A stretch of DNA of 64,000 nucleotides from Glaucostegus cemiculus (Eukaryota), in NCBI GenBank assembly GCA_976551045.1, contig CDPCPM010000213.1, positions 6,572,001-6,636,000 on the forward strand, read 5' to 3'. The position numbers and the translations under genes were made by a program. Below are positions 12,008-25,679 of the stretch, piece by piece. The notes beneath the pieces are model-generated. The model searched no databases and was not told where the DNA came from. It saw only the letters and a program-made list of their open reading frames with translations. Position 1 is the first letter of the stretch. Every line of letters starts with the position of its first letter.

Positions 12008-15000
12008 CAATCATTTTAGACAATCACTCCCCTTATTCATAGAATAGCCGTTTCCCCATCTTGGCATGAAAATCAAGGATTTAATGAGCAAGTGTTTAAG
12101 ACACATTTAGATCAGATGGGTGCATCAGTTGAAAACATCAGTGCAGTGTTGGACCAGGAATGGTTGTTTTATCTGAGAACAGCTAGTCCCTGACCTACAA
12201 CCAGCAAGGAAAAAGGGATGATTATAGCTGGTCATGGTTTCATTGGAAGAACAATAGTAGTTCCTTCCAGCGCACTGGAACATACAGCATTTTAGCCCCT
12301 AAAAAAGTTGAGGATCACCACAATTACAGAAAAGATGCATGGTAACAACTGATCTTCACCTAGTTCCACTCTGCTACACACCAAAAAATATTTGTACTTG
12401 GCTGAGCAACAGAGGATGACTCAACAATTTGACACTCACAATAGAACAATTAAGAGTAGTCTTATTGCTATATTTTATCAGAGGCTGAGAAATGCCTGAT
12501 ATGGTTGTTGCTTAATCATTCTCTTATGATGCTCAGTGCTATATGATATTCATCCTTGTTTACTTCTTATTTTAATTTTATGTCATTATTACTTCCTAAG
12601 AGCAAGTTGACTTATTATAGGAAAAATAAAAAAACTAAGGACAGAAGATACATTCTTGTATCATAAAGGTATTGCATCAAGTGGATTGGAGTTCAAAATG
12701 CATTTGAAGATGCATTCCACCTAGTACATGTCTAATTCCAGTGAAGGAGGCATTATACATGCCTTCAGCCTCTTGGATCTAACACATTTAAAAAGGATTC
12801 TCTCCAGCATGGCACTCTATAAAATTGTCATTTTTTTCAATAAAATGCTTCGACACTTTTCATTTCCTTTTTTAAAAAAAGTGAAATTTATATAAAAAAA
12901 CATGGTGCTCATTTGGATGTCTTAGCTGGTTAAAGCATAAGAATTTTCAGAGACAGAGAAAAGCTATTGGATTCAAATTCTTTTTTCAAGGATTAACACC
13001 TCCATTGTCTTCTTAATACATCCCGCAAATCCTACTTTCTTCAAAAAGCTAACTAATTGTCTTTTGAACCTACTTATATAGGCTGTTCTAATTGCCTATT
13101 CTGGTAATGTATTCTGAACTATTAACCTTGAAGTGAAAAATGACTGATTTTTCTTGTAATTCCACAAGATCATCATACTTTTTGGACCTTCTTTTATCTC
13201 AAATAATTTTTTACAGAAACCATCACTGCATCTTGTTCATTATTAAATTATTCCATGTTCTCTTCCCAGCAATGTCCTTGGAAGCCCATTCCAATGTGAT
13301 CAACCTCTATGAAGAAAAGCCTGATCATATCAGCACCAATTATAAAACTGTAAACCCTTCTCTTACTTCCAGTTTAAACTAAAGTAGGACCCTTGATTAG
13401 TCCTCTTAATACAGTTTGCTATTTCACAGTAAACTCTTGATTTCCTTTACAATATATTAACAGAACAAAATCACAGAACAAAATGCAGCTGTTACCATGC
13501 ACATACTTCTAGAATAAGAGACTGAAGATGAACTTTTATCACAAATTTCTTCTGCTTTTCTCATAACTTGGATCATTGACACAAGAGATCATTCTTGGGA
13601 TATTTCTCTCGGTGCTTCTAACATGTGAATATGTTGAATGTCCTCCTTGTTTCCCTCTGGCTAGAGTTGGACAATATTCAAGGTGCTGGCAACCTAAGGC
13701 ACTCCAGTGTTTGATCTTGGCTTCCACTGACTTGAAACCTACTGTCTTGGCTGTGCATTTCAAAATTATTTCTCACGTATGACTTATTTCAAAGTTTCAC
13801 CATACCGAACATTTTAATTTGACTCAGTTTTCTAAATTCTTCCCATAACCTTGGTGGTTCAATTAGATCAGTGAGGAAATGGATTATATAGAGGAACAGG
13901 GTCCCACATTTTGATCTATGATTTATGCTGCATTATCTGATCTCAAGCAGAGAGGTGACAGATGCTTCAATATGCAGGGCCACAAGCTTGATTTCCCAAT
14001 ATAGCAGCTTATATTTAATTACCCTTGGCAGAAGACTAAAGTTTATGGATAAACCATTGAGGTTTTTGTGGAGAAAGAAAAGGGACAGTTTCTAGCAAAT
14101 ATTAAGAATCTTAACTACTAATTTAAAAAAATACACATTGTTACAGAACAAAATTTCAAAGATTTACTGGTCCATCCATTATCTGCATGTCACTTGAATT
14201 ATTTTGTACAGTAACACTTAGCGAGTGTCACGTGTGGTCAGGTCGTTCAAGTAAACCTTCAGAAAACTATTGATGCCACACAACACATTTGAACTAATGA
14301 CACTGAATCTAGCAGACAATGCAAACAAAGAGTTTCATAATTGATTGACAAGGTTTGAATGGCCACCCTGCCCCCTTCTCCACTTGTCTCTTTCTTCTCT
14401 AGGCAGCTGGAAGACAGTCTGTCTGTCTTCAAGGGTAGCTGCCCCTTGCCTCACTAATGCTGTACCCATGACCCTGCTTATGTAAAACTGTGGCCTGGTA
14501 ACTACTATAATGTCTTTCTGTAATGTATTGTAATTTGAAATATCATTTCATTAAATCTAAGTAATTGCACATTAATAAAAATAGAAAAAATGGTTGTTTG
14601 CAAACAGAAAATAATTACAACGTGATGCCTCCTTATTCATATGCTGTCAAACTGATAAGCCATAACAACTATTGAGAGAAGCATTAGGCATGGTGCTGGA
14701 TAGACAAAGGAACATCATGCGAAGAGAACATTCAATTAGTTATTATTTTGGGGTAAAGTAATGATTTTGGCATAATTGTATAGGGCACAGACTAGAGATT
14801 GTTATATTCTGTCTGGCTGCTATATAGGTCACCCACATGTCCTGTTAATCACCCAAACTGGTTTAAACTTGTTCTGTATCACAGTACCTTGGGTTGTGTG
14901 TGTTCTGTGAAGCTCCAAAATAGAGAGATGCAGAGCACTGAAGAACCTACTGAGAGCTCTCTGAATGGATACGGTATTACAGGGAGCACAGGAGGAGAGA

Positions 15001-16597
15001 AGGCTTTGTTTCTGCAGAAATAAATGTATCTGCAGATATACTGAAAATTGCAATTTCTAACATTCCACATTTGATGAAGACAAAAGATAAAACACATGAA
15101 AATGCACATCAGAGGGACTGATATTTAACAGATAACTTGCAGTTTCTCATTTTAATATTACTATTTATAGGAGGTCCTCAATTTGATAAGGGTTTCCTTA
15201 TGTAGGATTTTTCCCAAAAGCCCATCTTGCCTTTCAATGAAACAATCTTCTGTATACACAGAACCACTTCATCTGCCTCCCCTTATGGTTGTCCTTATCA
15301 TCAATGTATTGTTCAGCGATTCTCCAGCTTACCTACTCTGTGGTCATAAATCTTCCTTGATGTTACTTAGAACCTTTTTTTTGAGAGACATATTTGGAAA
15401 ACTAAATTATCTTAATTACTGCATTAAATTTTATTTTACCAATTTAATTTCATGTTTTATATGCAGACTCAGATTCCTGAATACTTGAGAAGAGTTATGC
15501 ATGGTTATTTTTGTTCTTTGTTCTCCATGTTACAAGGCACAAAAGTGTTAACAATACATGCTGTATATCTCCTGCTTCCAGGTTGCCAACTCAGGTCAGA
15601 TGTATTCCCAGAGGTTTTGCCACATTTGACCTCCTGCATTTAACATCCCTCCCAATCAAAGAGCCTCCCCCCCCCCACATCTTCAATATTATTCTTACAG
15701 CTTTTGCATTTCTTGTATTTGTGTTTCACCTTTCTTCTAGTAATTTCAGATAATGATTCTATTTGTCCCATTTATATCTCCTCCAGACCAATCTTTTGTT
15801 ATTCATTAATCTCTTGAACATCTTTTTTACACTGCACAAACCCTGCTTTATCACTTGATTTTTTCTGCCTTGCACTCCATCAGAGGTCTTCCCCTGTGTT
15901 CTCTCTTCTCCTCATTCTCTACAATCTTAAAATAGGATTTATCCCAGTTTGGATTAAAACTTATTGAACTGAAACATTAACTTGGTTCCTCACTCCACAG
16001 AGGCAGACTGACCTGCTGAGTACTTCCAACATATACTTTATTATTCTAATATCATCATGTATTAAATAAATATTCAAAGAAAATTTTAAAAAATCATTTT
16101 AATATCCTATAGATTTTGTCCTGAGTTTGTCACTGCAGTGCCCAGGAGGATTATTTTCAATTCTCAGAAACTCAAGTTATCCTTTATGAATAGTAACTTT
16201 AATGAGTATTTTAAAAGAACAAGATTTTGAACATATGGATATAATTTGCAGCAAAATTTATTTTCTTTTAATATGTTTATACATATAGGACCACATGAAG
16301 GCAAGAAATTTAATGAGGCATATCTGTCTCTTAACAATATTTGGTATGAAACTGCTGGGGAGGTTTAATTTACATGATTTGTGCAAGCAAAGATTTCAAA
16401 CACTTTGAATTGGCATCACCCATCCTGGTTTTAAAGTCTAGAAATTTGATCACATCACCCTGGAAATTCATCTGGGCAATTTCCATATGAGTACCGCTTG
16501 CTGATTTGTCCTGATTTCCCGATCAGACACAGATTAAGTGATGTCATTCCTCATGCAATGCTCCTTTTGGAAATCAGTCCATGTTATTTAGAAGAGC

Positions 16598-16698
16598 TAA
16601 AACCAGAAAATGCTGGAACCACAGTGGGTTAGTCAGCAAGGGTGGAAAGAGAAACAGACTTAACATTTCAGAACAAAAACCTTTCATCAGAACTGGGA
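16598..16698 (-). repeat. Penelope-associated short repeat (pseudo-LTR-like)
   Basis: cagaaaatgctggaa..gagaaacagacttaacatttcag..ctttcatcagaactggga. The same family occurs at 5100-5235, 15860-16045, 19494-19640 and 25680-25797. Confidence 0.6.
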
Positions 16699-17649
16699 TT
16701 CATTGCAGCGAATCAATTGCCATTGGTCACTCCTGGGCCAACCATGCTATCAATGATGTGCTGGGCTGAAACTGCATGAAGATGAGTTTAATTCCAACAG
16801 TTACGCATCCCTCACAGTACCTTTGCATGACACCCACTGGTGTCACCCCGCACCCCAACAAACACCTGATCGCTCCTGCTCCTTGCCTTCCCTATAACCA
16901 GCTACCCCATGGACCATCCTTCGTTCTGACCATCACCAAATTCTCTGATCCCTCAAACCTCCAAACTCCCAGTCTGTCCAAACTCCCAAATTTCTCAATC
17001 TTTGTCCATCCTTATGGACAACTCATCAAAGCTCTGTACAGCCCTGTGGAGGCCTCAGTCTCTAGCCTTCCCATAAGCAGGAGTTGATCCAGTCAGCCGA
17101 AACCAATTCTTCACAATAATGGCCTCAATCAGACATCGAAAGCAGCACCCCCTCTTCAGGGACCCTACTACCAGTCCTCTCTCATCCACCAACTTGGATG
17201 CTATGTAGTGGCTGGTCAGTAATATCAAGACCTTGGTACAACATCACTGGCTTTTTTTAAGCACGATACCCAGTGAGATTCCAGAATTACTTAAGTTTTA
17301 TAACTGCCCTCTTCAGATTATTTTATTCTTTGCAATGGTGCCAACCCACCCAGCTACCAGCCTCACCCCTTGCTTCTCTGATCACCCTAGACTCTGATCT
17401 CAATACCCCACACTCCAATCACCCCAGCTTTGACCCTTCCTGAACTCTCTGATCTCTCAAACCACTGAACTCCCAGACCCCTTCAAACTTGCATGTAAGG
17501 AGCTTTATCACTTATCATTTGTCTTTTTCACATTCAGGGAGGGGTGTCATATTTTCATCAGCTGTTGCAGTTTAATCTTGCATTTGCAGGCAGTATTTAT
17601 ACTAACAGGAAATATTATATGCATCATTTGTAAATGATGAGGCAAGAAT

Positions 17650-17840
17650 AAAATAGAGCAAAACAACCAAGAAATTCAGGAACTGGGATGAGAAGAAATT
17701 TTTTCACCCAGGAGGTGGTAAACCATTGGGATCTTTGAATCCTCAACCCAAAAGGGCTGTGGGGGATTAGTTTCTGAGTATGTTCATAACAGAGATCAAT
17801 TTGATATTCTGGGAATCAAGGGCTCTGGTAATAGGTTAGT
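17650..17840 (+). mobile_element. CR1 3' fragment
   Basis: gatgagaagaaattttttcacccaggaggtggt..aaagggctgtgg..gggaatcaaggg. Confidence 0.6.
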
Positions 17841-18633
17841 CCCTGAAACATGTAACAGGGTCTGGGTCTATCAGCTTGGGCAGGTATTTACCCCACCAAT
17901 TTTATACTTTTTCCTTCATATTTCTATGAGCAGAATCTTCAATACTGAGATATAATAGTTTCATTATATATTAAGATGGGTCACATTATATAACAATGTA
18001 ATATTTTTCATAAATGGCCCTTTGGAGATCAAAAAATAGTGAAGTCTAATACAAACTTCCAATGCAACTGAAGATATCGCCAAGAAAAGAAACAAAGAAA
18101 ACGTGTGCAATATAATAGCTGACACAAAGCCTTGCAAAACCACAATTTTTTTTTACAAAATCAGCTGAAGATAATGAACTGAAAACAAATTGGTCATAGC
18201 AACTGTGGACCCCACAACAACCAGAAACAGAACAACTTAAAGAGCAACATTTATAACACTTCAGCTGCAAAACAGACTGTAATCAGACAATATATAAATG
18301 GTGAACTTTTTTTAGCAAGATGTGGAAACTAACAAGCCAACAAAAAAAATCAAGCAGAAAAGGCATCCTACGATTACTAAAACATTTCAGGAGATATTGA
18401 GGACAACAGGTTGGTAGGCAACAGTCATTACCAAGCTCCCTATGATATACTGGCAAGATGCTTTATTTAGAATAAAAGGCCTGGTTAGGACTGAAAGACT
18501 CTTTAAAAACTAATTATACCAGTGATAATATCCAGCATGAAGAATCTGGAAAAATAACTACTTGTTTGAAAAAAAGTGGAAAAGATTGTTATAAAATTGT
18601 GAAATGACAGAAGGAAAGCCAGTTTAAAAAAAA

Positions 18634-18980
18634 GGCATGGCAGCACAGTGGTGCAACTAATAGAGCTGCTCCCTCACAGTTCCAGAGGGCCGGGTTCAGT
18701 CCTTACCCCTGGTTCTGTCTGGTTGAGTCTGCACATTCTCCATGTGACTGCATGGGTTTCCTCTGGGTGCTTTGGCTTCCTCCTATATACCAAGTATGTG
18801 CGGCTGGATTGGTTAATTGGCCACTTAGATTGTTCCTAATGTGTAAGTGAATGGTAGAATCTGGGGCAACTGATGAGAATGTGGGGATAATACAATAGGA
18901 TTAGTTGTAGCTAGGTGCTTGATGGTCAGTGTGGAGTTGATGGGTTGAAGGGCTGTTTCTATTATGTATGATTCTATGTC
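18634..18980 (+). mobile_element. Near full-length HE1/V-SINE-like tRNA-derived SINE
   Basis: tRNA-like head (ggcagcacagtggtgca..gggttcagtcc), V-like core (tgcatgggtttcctctgggtgctttggcttcctcc) and CR1-type tail (gggttgaagggctgtttc..tgtatgattctatg). Confidence 0.8.
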
Positions 18981-19493
18981 ACATAATAGGACTCCTCAGT
19001 GTAAAATGAGTTCACTGTTTCCACTAAGGGTGAGGTGCGATTGGAGAACAATAAATGAAGAAACATGATACTAAATGCTGAGAGCGACAGGAATGGACGT
19101 CTAGTGTAGTTGGCAGAAAAACTGACAGAAGCACAAACAGGATCCAAAGTTCCAGATGGTCATGTGCGGGTTCAACTGAAGGTTTTGTCTGCACATTCCC
19201 AGGTGAACATTCTGTTCCCTTCATCGGTAAGCAGTTTCCCAAAAACAAATCTAGTCTGGGAGGAAGTCAGATTTTTTCAGTATGATCCGTACAAGCTTTG
19301 CAGCTCCCACGGCTGCCTCACTGAACTCACATGAGTTACTCAGTTGGTTGACCACTGTCCTTTCACTTCCAATAGATGGGATTAAGTTTATTTGATGCTT
19401 ACAGAGAGCCTACTCTCGCTCTTCATGAAATGTCCAGGGATACTTGCTGGAACAAAGCTGAAAATTCCACAAATTGGTTTTAAATTGGCAGAT

Positions 19494-19640
19494 AATAAAA
19501 CAGAAAATGCTGGAACACTCAGCAGATCAGGCTTGAAATTCAAACGTGAATTCTGTCTCTCTTCCCACTGATGAGGCCTTCCCTGCTGAGTATTTCCAGC
19601 ATTTTCTGTTTTTATTTTAGATTTTCAACACCTGCAGTTT
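19494..19640. repeat. Inverted-repeat form of the Penelope-associated repeat
   Basis: Arms aataaaacagaaaatgctggaacactcagcag (19494-19525) and ctgctgagtatttccagcattttctgtttttatt (19583-19616). Confidence 0.75.
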
Positions 19641-22600
19641 TTTCCTGATTTTCAATTAATTTGGCAGACTTACATAGAGACTTGAACTGAGCAGATCAAA
19701 ATTTATGGGTTTAATATGAATTCAAAATTGTTTTTTTATTAATAAATAAGATTGGCATAAGACCATTAAACTAATCATGTCTACGCAAACTAATCCATGC
19801 TACAATTTCACACGCATGTTCATCTATCTTCTTGAAATACTGGGGCATGTTTCTCATATCCTTATTCGCTATACATTGAGAAAAACAATAGAAAAACAAC
19901 CGCACAGTGCCCACCCTATACAAAGTAGGCCTTAGGTCCTGATCAAATCACACAAAACAATGCTAAACATTTTTAATTGCCAGTTATTGGACTTTGATAA
20001 CATTGTCAGGTACCATCAAGCAGAGCATGCAGTGAGCATGCTACTCCCATGGAATATGATGCAGCCTAACAAGTGTCTGCCTAACAAGGGGATGCTACAG
20101 TCACTGTTGTCACTGATTTTTTTTTGTTGCCAGGAGTGGGAAGAGCACAACTGGTCCTGCTGGCTCCAAAAAATCCCTTCCAGCTGCTCATAGCCCTTCA
20201 ATGTCCCAACCTGCATCTCTGCTAAACTGCCATGAAAATAACTTTATTCTCCTGCTGTGGCAACGGGAAGATGGGAATTGCAATCACTCCATTCACCAGC
20301 AGCCAAACGGTGGGCTTACAATCTCCTGATAGATTAAAGAAAAGGGGGAGAAAATATCACTTCAGGGACTGTCCAATAAATTTCTCCTCAGTTCCCTCAG
20401 AAGGTCAAACATCCTTCTAAAGACCATCATGACTTAGTCCCGGTAACCCAGAATTGTTCTTTTCTTTCAGAAAAGTGTTGTTACCTATATATGGAGTATC
20501 AATGCCCAATATTCACCACATTGTGTATCTGTTTATCTTGGGGTGATAATTCTCTACAAGATGAAAACTGGATTTCACATTTACTTTGTATGGTAAGTGG
20601 GTGCTGCATTAATGATAACTCTCAACTGGGGGGATCACACTCTACTAAAAATTACAAAACTGGGAAAGTTTATGAATTACTCATTAAGGTAACTTTCACC
20701 CAGACTGTCGTGTTAAAACGTGATCTGTACAAAAGGTGAGGGAAGTCACAAGGAATGGAGCAAGTGAAATTTGGCCACATTTTCCATGATCATCCTCAGA
20801 GACTGGAGTACCACGATTGGCCCCAGGATACTGTGAAACTGAGTTCATTATTCAGGCACCAACCACTCTATACCCGTGCTGGGTACGATCATGAAAGTCT
20901 GCAGTCAGTATTGTGAGACCAGCAAAATGTGACATGACCTTCAATCCTTAATTCAACCTTCAAATAATGTTTCTAACAAGAATGTGTTCAATCCCTCTAC
21001 CTTCTTAAAAAACTTCAATAAATCTTCTCTCAACCTCCGTTTTTCCAATGTATAGTGTTAATTCCTGAATCCTAACCACCCAAGATCTTTAAGATTTGAT
21101 GTAATTTTATTTTCTTTCCACTCTCTCCAGAGGCCCAGAATACTTTATTGTGAGGTGGAGGAATCTCTTCCTATGTCTGAACAGTTATACATCAAGCAGG
21201 TGTTAGACCTTTAATTTGCATATGCGAAGGGCCTAACTCCTATTTGAGGTGTTGACAGTGCACACTGACTTTCTTTTGGCCTCTGCCACATGGCTTCTAC
21301 CACATTGGAGCCCTCAGAGGCTGTTTGGCAATAAAAATCATCACTGCTTGGTCAATATTCTAAGCCTTGTTATTTAGCATTTTGAAAGGTTCAGGGAGGT
21401 TAAAGAATTATTGTACAGTATTACAATATAATTACATACTTGCAGCCTACCGAGGAAAATAATGGTCATATGTAACCATGGACTGTTGTACAATCATTTC
21501 TAGCACCACTACCCTTGACAGACAGGTCATTGCACAACCAAGAACCCTGCAGATAGAAATAACAGGGCAATCATTGTGTTCAACAAATTAACCCCGTACA
21601 GTATTGTGAGTCATGAACTCTATCACTGCATCCTTTTGTGGGGCTTCCATTCGTTTTTACCTACAATAGACCCTCCTAGAATCATTAACGAATTGAAAGG
21701 CAAATGGCCTGGTCTGGAACCTGAGTTCATTCTCAGTAAATAAACCATTGAAACACGGCCTTCATTTGAACTTTCTGGTTTACATGAAATAGAGCCATTG
21801 TTGAAATAATTTGTTTAAAGGCAAATTCAAATCATTTTGCTATGCATTTGTTTTCAATTCAGATCTATCTTCCTCAAAGACAATTTGACAACCTATTCAA
21901 ATCACTTGATGCAGTTGTCAGGAATAGGGTCCAGTTCAGTTGGCAACAGGCAATTACAAACAATATCCCATAGGATCCATCTGCTTTACTGACGGGGAAT
22001 GTTGTGTTTCAATTCTCCACTCTTTAGAATAAAAAACGTAGCCTCACAATTAATCACCAAGTGCGTAGTAGTACACAGGCTGTCAGTAATAGGGTAGATC
22101 TGGCTGTGAGGTGTTCATGCGTGTTTCAAATGTACTTGGATGTTACCCTGTGGGAGTCAGTAATCTGAGGTGTCGCTTCACACCAAGAAAATAAATATGG
22201 CTAAAAGTAAAAATCTGAATCTGCTGTGTAGCTCCAAAGGATGTGATTTAAATCCTAAATTAATCGAATGTAATATTCTTTTCTTCTCTTTTTTATAATC
22301 CTTTCTGTTATCTTTTCTTTTTTTGTGTATTTCCCTTGCTTTCTTCATCCCTGAGAATGAAGGAGTTTTATTATACTGTAAGATCATCAAACATAATTTC
22401 TTCTGTATCTATTCAGTCAGATTCTGTTCGAACTGGTCTAAAAACCAAACCACTCTAAGAATGGATTAAATCTCTCCTTTAAACAGATGGTAGTGTCATT
22501 CTGCTCTCTATCCTTCCTATCCCAATAATTTTATTTACTTTCTCTACTCTCTTTTTAAATGTTTCTGTATTGTTATTCATTTTGTTTATTTGCCTTTATT

Positions 22601-22814
22601 TTATGTCTTCTCAGACAGCTGACACTTATTCCCAGTCAATGTTTTCTTTGTGCAGAGCCTCAAAAATTATTGACTTATTTGCAGTTTATAGTCATGCTGA
22701 CAAACATATGCCAAAATACTACATTTGCGTTCCTCAGTTTTTGGAGAGTAAAATTAACTGCTAAAAAGAATAAAACTCCATCAAATACCATTCTTAGGGG
22801 ATGAAGAAAGCAAG

Positions 22815-23020
22815 GGATCGGGGTTCAATTCCTGTCGCTGACTGTAAGGAGTTTGTACGTTCTCCCGTGTCTGCGTGGGTTTTCTCCGGGTGCTCCGGTT
22901 TCCTCCCACATTCTGAAAGACGTACGGTAGGTTAATTTGGGGGGTTAAAATGGGCGGCGCGGACTCACTGGGCCAAAAGGGCCTGCTACCACACTGAAAA
23001 TAAAATTTTAAAAAAAGAAA
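22815..23020 (+). mobile_element. Young V-SINE-like SINE, 5'-truncated
   Basis: CpG-rich with B-box ggttcaattcc and an A-rich tail. Near reverse complement of 52239-52445. Confidence 0.85.
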
Positions 23021-25679
23021 TACACAAAAAAAGAAAATATAACAAAAAGTATCCCACTTTCATTCACATTTTTGCAGCAATACAGCTGCAGCTAATGTTA
23101 TTTAAGCACCAAAATGTCCAATACTCAGAGATGTTATAGCATTTAACATTTAATCTAAATTTCTGACAGTGAACCTGCATAAATTCTTCAAGGTGAATCT
23201 CTAAAACCTCTGGAAGGAATTGTCTTTCTTCCTGGATGAAAAATAAAATAAAGCATAAACAGGCCCCTCCTATAATTTATTCAGGGCACAAAACACCTAG
23301 ATAATATTTGGGGGGAGGGAGGTGGTAAATTAGTTTTATTAGGATATTGACTTGCATTAAATTTTGATTGAGTCACATTTAGTGAACTGGGATAAATTGG
23401 CAAATTGGGTTGCTTGGAGTGTGTTTTGGCTGTTTATGCTGGGAGTATGTGGAGTGGGCAGTTATCTTTATACATTTATCCTTATACATTGCTGATTTAG
23501 TACCAGCCTTGACTAACTGGGGTGCAACTACTCAGCTAACACCACGTGCTAAATTACACATGGGTAAACTGGTGTTTATCAGTATGAATGTTGATTGGGG
23601 GACCTGAATGATAGAGTTGTCTATTTGGTATAGTTAGAGGGTACATGGCATGGAAAAGTTTAAGGCCAGTGGTACAATAGTTGAGGTGTGAGATGAAGTC
23701 TTCATTGATCATTATCAAGCATGTGAGATCATTAAATTTTATGCACAACTGCATTCATTTCCTTATTACCTTACTCTTGACATTGACCTTGACTGTGAGC
23801 TCCTTTCACTGCTGCTTGGCCATGTGCTTATCTTACTGGCTCCACCTTGATGGAAGTCCTCTCATTTTGTCTACCAAGCTATCCCGAGGAGTGTTGGAAA
23901 ATCAGGCTTTCTGTTCTCATCTAAGCCTTACGTTTGCTTCTACCAATCTTTCCAAATCTGTGAAATAATGTCCACTAATGATTCAGAAAATAAGTACTTT
24001 CCCTTTAAGAAATACAGGCATGACTCAATCAGCAATGGCTAACTATACAGCTGGTCATGGACTGGACTGCATGGAGTAGCTCCAATGAAGATAAACAACA
24101 AGGTTGTGAGTGTGTTGCAGTATGTCAAACAGGCACAAGTTAATCAGCTATCTTATTCCTTGTACATGTTTTCTAGTACTATCCAATTTAGGTCCCTTTA
24201 TGTCTCAGATGAACTGGTAAATGAATTACTATGTTTCTCGGAATAAAATGGCAAACTGATTAACTACACTACCATTCACAGCACTGTTCAGACAAATTAT
24301 TTTAAAGTAAACACTCTTCACTTTATACAGCCCACATCCTTCTTTATCCTTCTCCTGAACCAACCTATATTTCAGTAACAAGGCTACCTTTCCAACTATC
24401 CACCTTTCTTCTCCTTTGAATTTATATCCTTCATCACTGCTGCCTTCCTTGCAGACAAATCAAAAGTGCTCCAAATAAGTTCTTCTTCTTGCACATTCCA
24501 ACCTGAAATATTATTCCTTATCTACTGGCTTTTCATCAGTTATGTGTGCCCAGTTGCAAAACATTTACTTTGGGGGCATATTTGTTACACTATGAATATT
24601 TGCATGTATGTTTTCATCTTTTGAATCCAAATATTCTTCCTGGTTAATTAGCATTTATTGTGTCCTTTGTTATGTAATTCAGCTTTATCTTGATAACTGA
24701 AGAATGGCAAAAGCATATAGGGGCTTCGTTTGAGAGAAAGAAATATAGACTTGTAAATAAGAAGGTGATCTCCTGGGTAGGAGTTATGTGTGAATATAAA
24801 ACAACCACATTAATATATTTGATCAACAACTGACCAGAAAAAAAACATATTATTCCAGGAGTATCATGAGAGGAAGACAAAAATGTAATGATTGTTTATA
24901 TGTCATTGTCAACGATAACACTCTGTGATTAAACTCCACTTTGATAAAGCTTGAAGGTCCTCATTTGACTGTAGAGTTTGGATTTTGAGAGGAATATTTT
25001 CCCACATGCACAATGTGAAAAGTCCAATTCACTTGAAGACTAATCTTCCCTAGGTTTCCTTTGGACTGCCCTTTCTTTGGTTGCTTTGTCATTGCCATTG
25101 TGAATTGTCCTTTACTATGTTTATTGTCACAAAGATAGAGTTCCAATCTGTATATCAATTGGGATAGATGTTTTCTTAAGATTGGTCTCAGGCTATCCAT
25201 GCAGCTTTTGAACCAACAACCTTGAGAATGTCATCCACAGTGATCGCCTCCTTGCAGAATATCTCTGTCATCGGGTATCAGATACTTGGGCCAGGTAACT
25301 TGTCCACCTTGGCTCAACAAATTTAATTGTGCCATCATTAAATTATTATGATCTTTTTGAAACAGACCAAGACTTCTGATGTGATGACTGTGTTCCAGAG
25401 ATTGTATTAACACAAAAAGGATGTTATAACTATTGGCCTATAAGAATTGCTTATTGGAGCTACTGCTGGCAAAATGTCCCTTTTATTGAATAACTTCACA
25501 ATGAATCTTATTGTATTTTTATGGTATACTTCTTTACTATGAGAGCATCATGAGACAAAAGTATTTCCAAGTTTAGTGAATTTGTCTATCATGGAGAACA
25601 TGTACCCTTTATCACTAATGGTGAATGGAACAAGTTATTCCATTAACTAGCTACGAAATTCTGTAAAAACTAAATATCG

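Noticed and set aside
13576-13782. ORF with a signal-peptide-like hydrophobic start
   Set aside because: It starts at TTG and has no homology or supporting splice structure.
16920-17490. Recurring ctctgatc / aactccc units as a possible array
   Set aside because: Spacing is irregular and the sequence is degenerate and C-rich. It is low-complexity DNA, not a repeat-spacer array.
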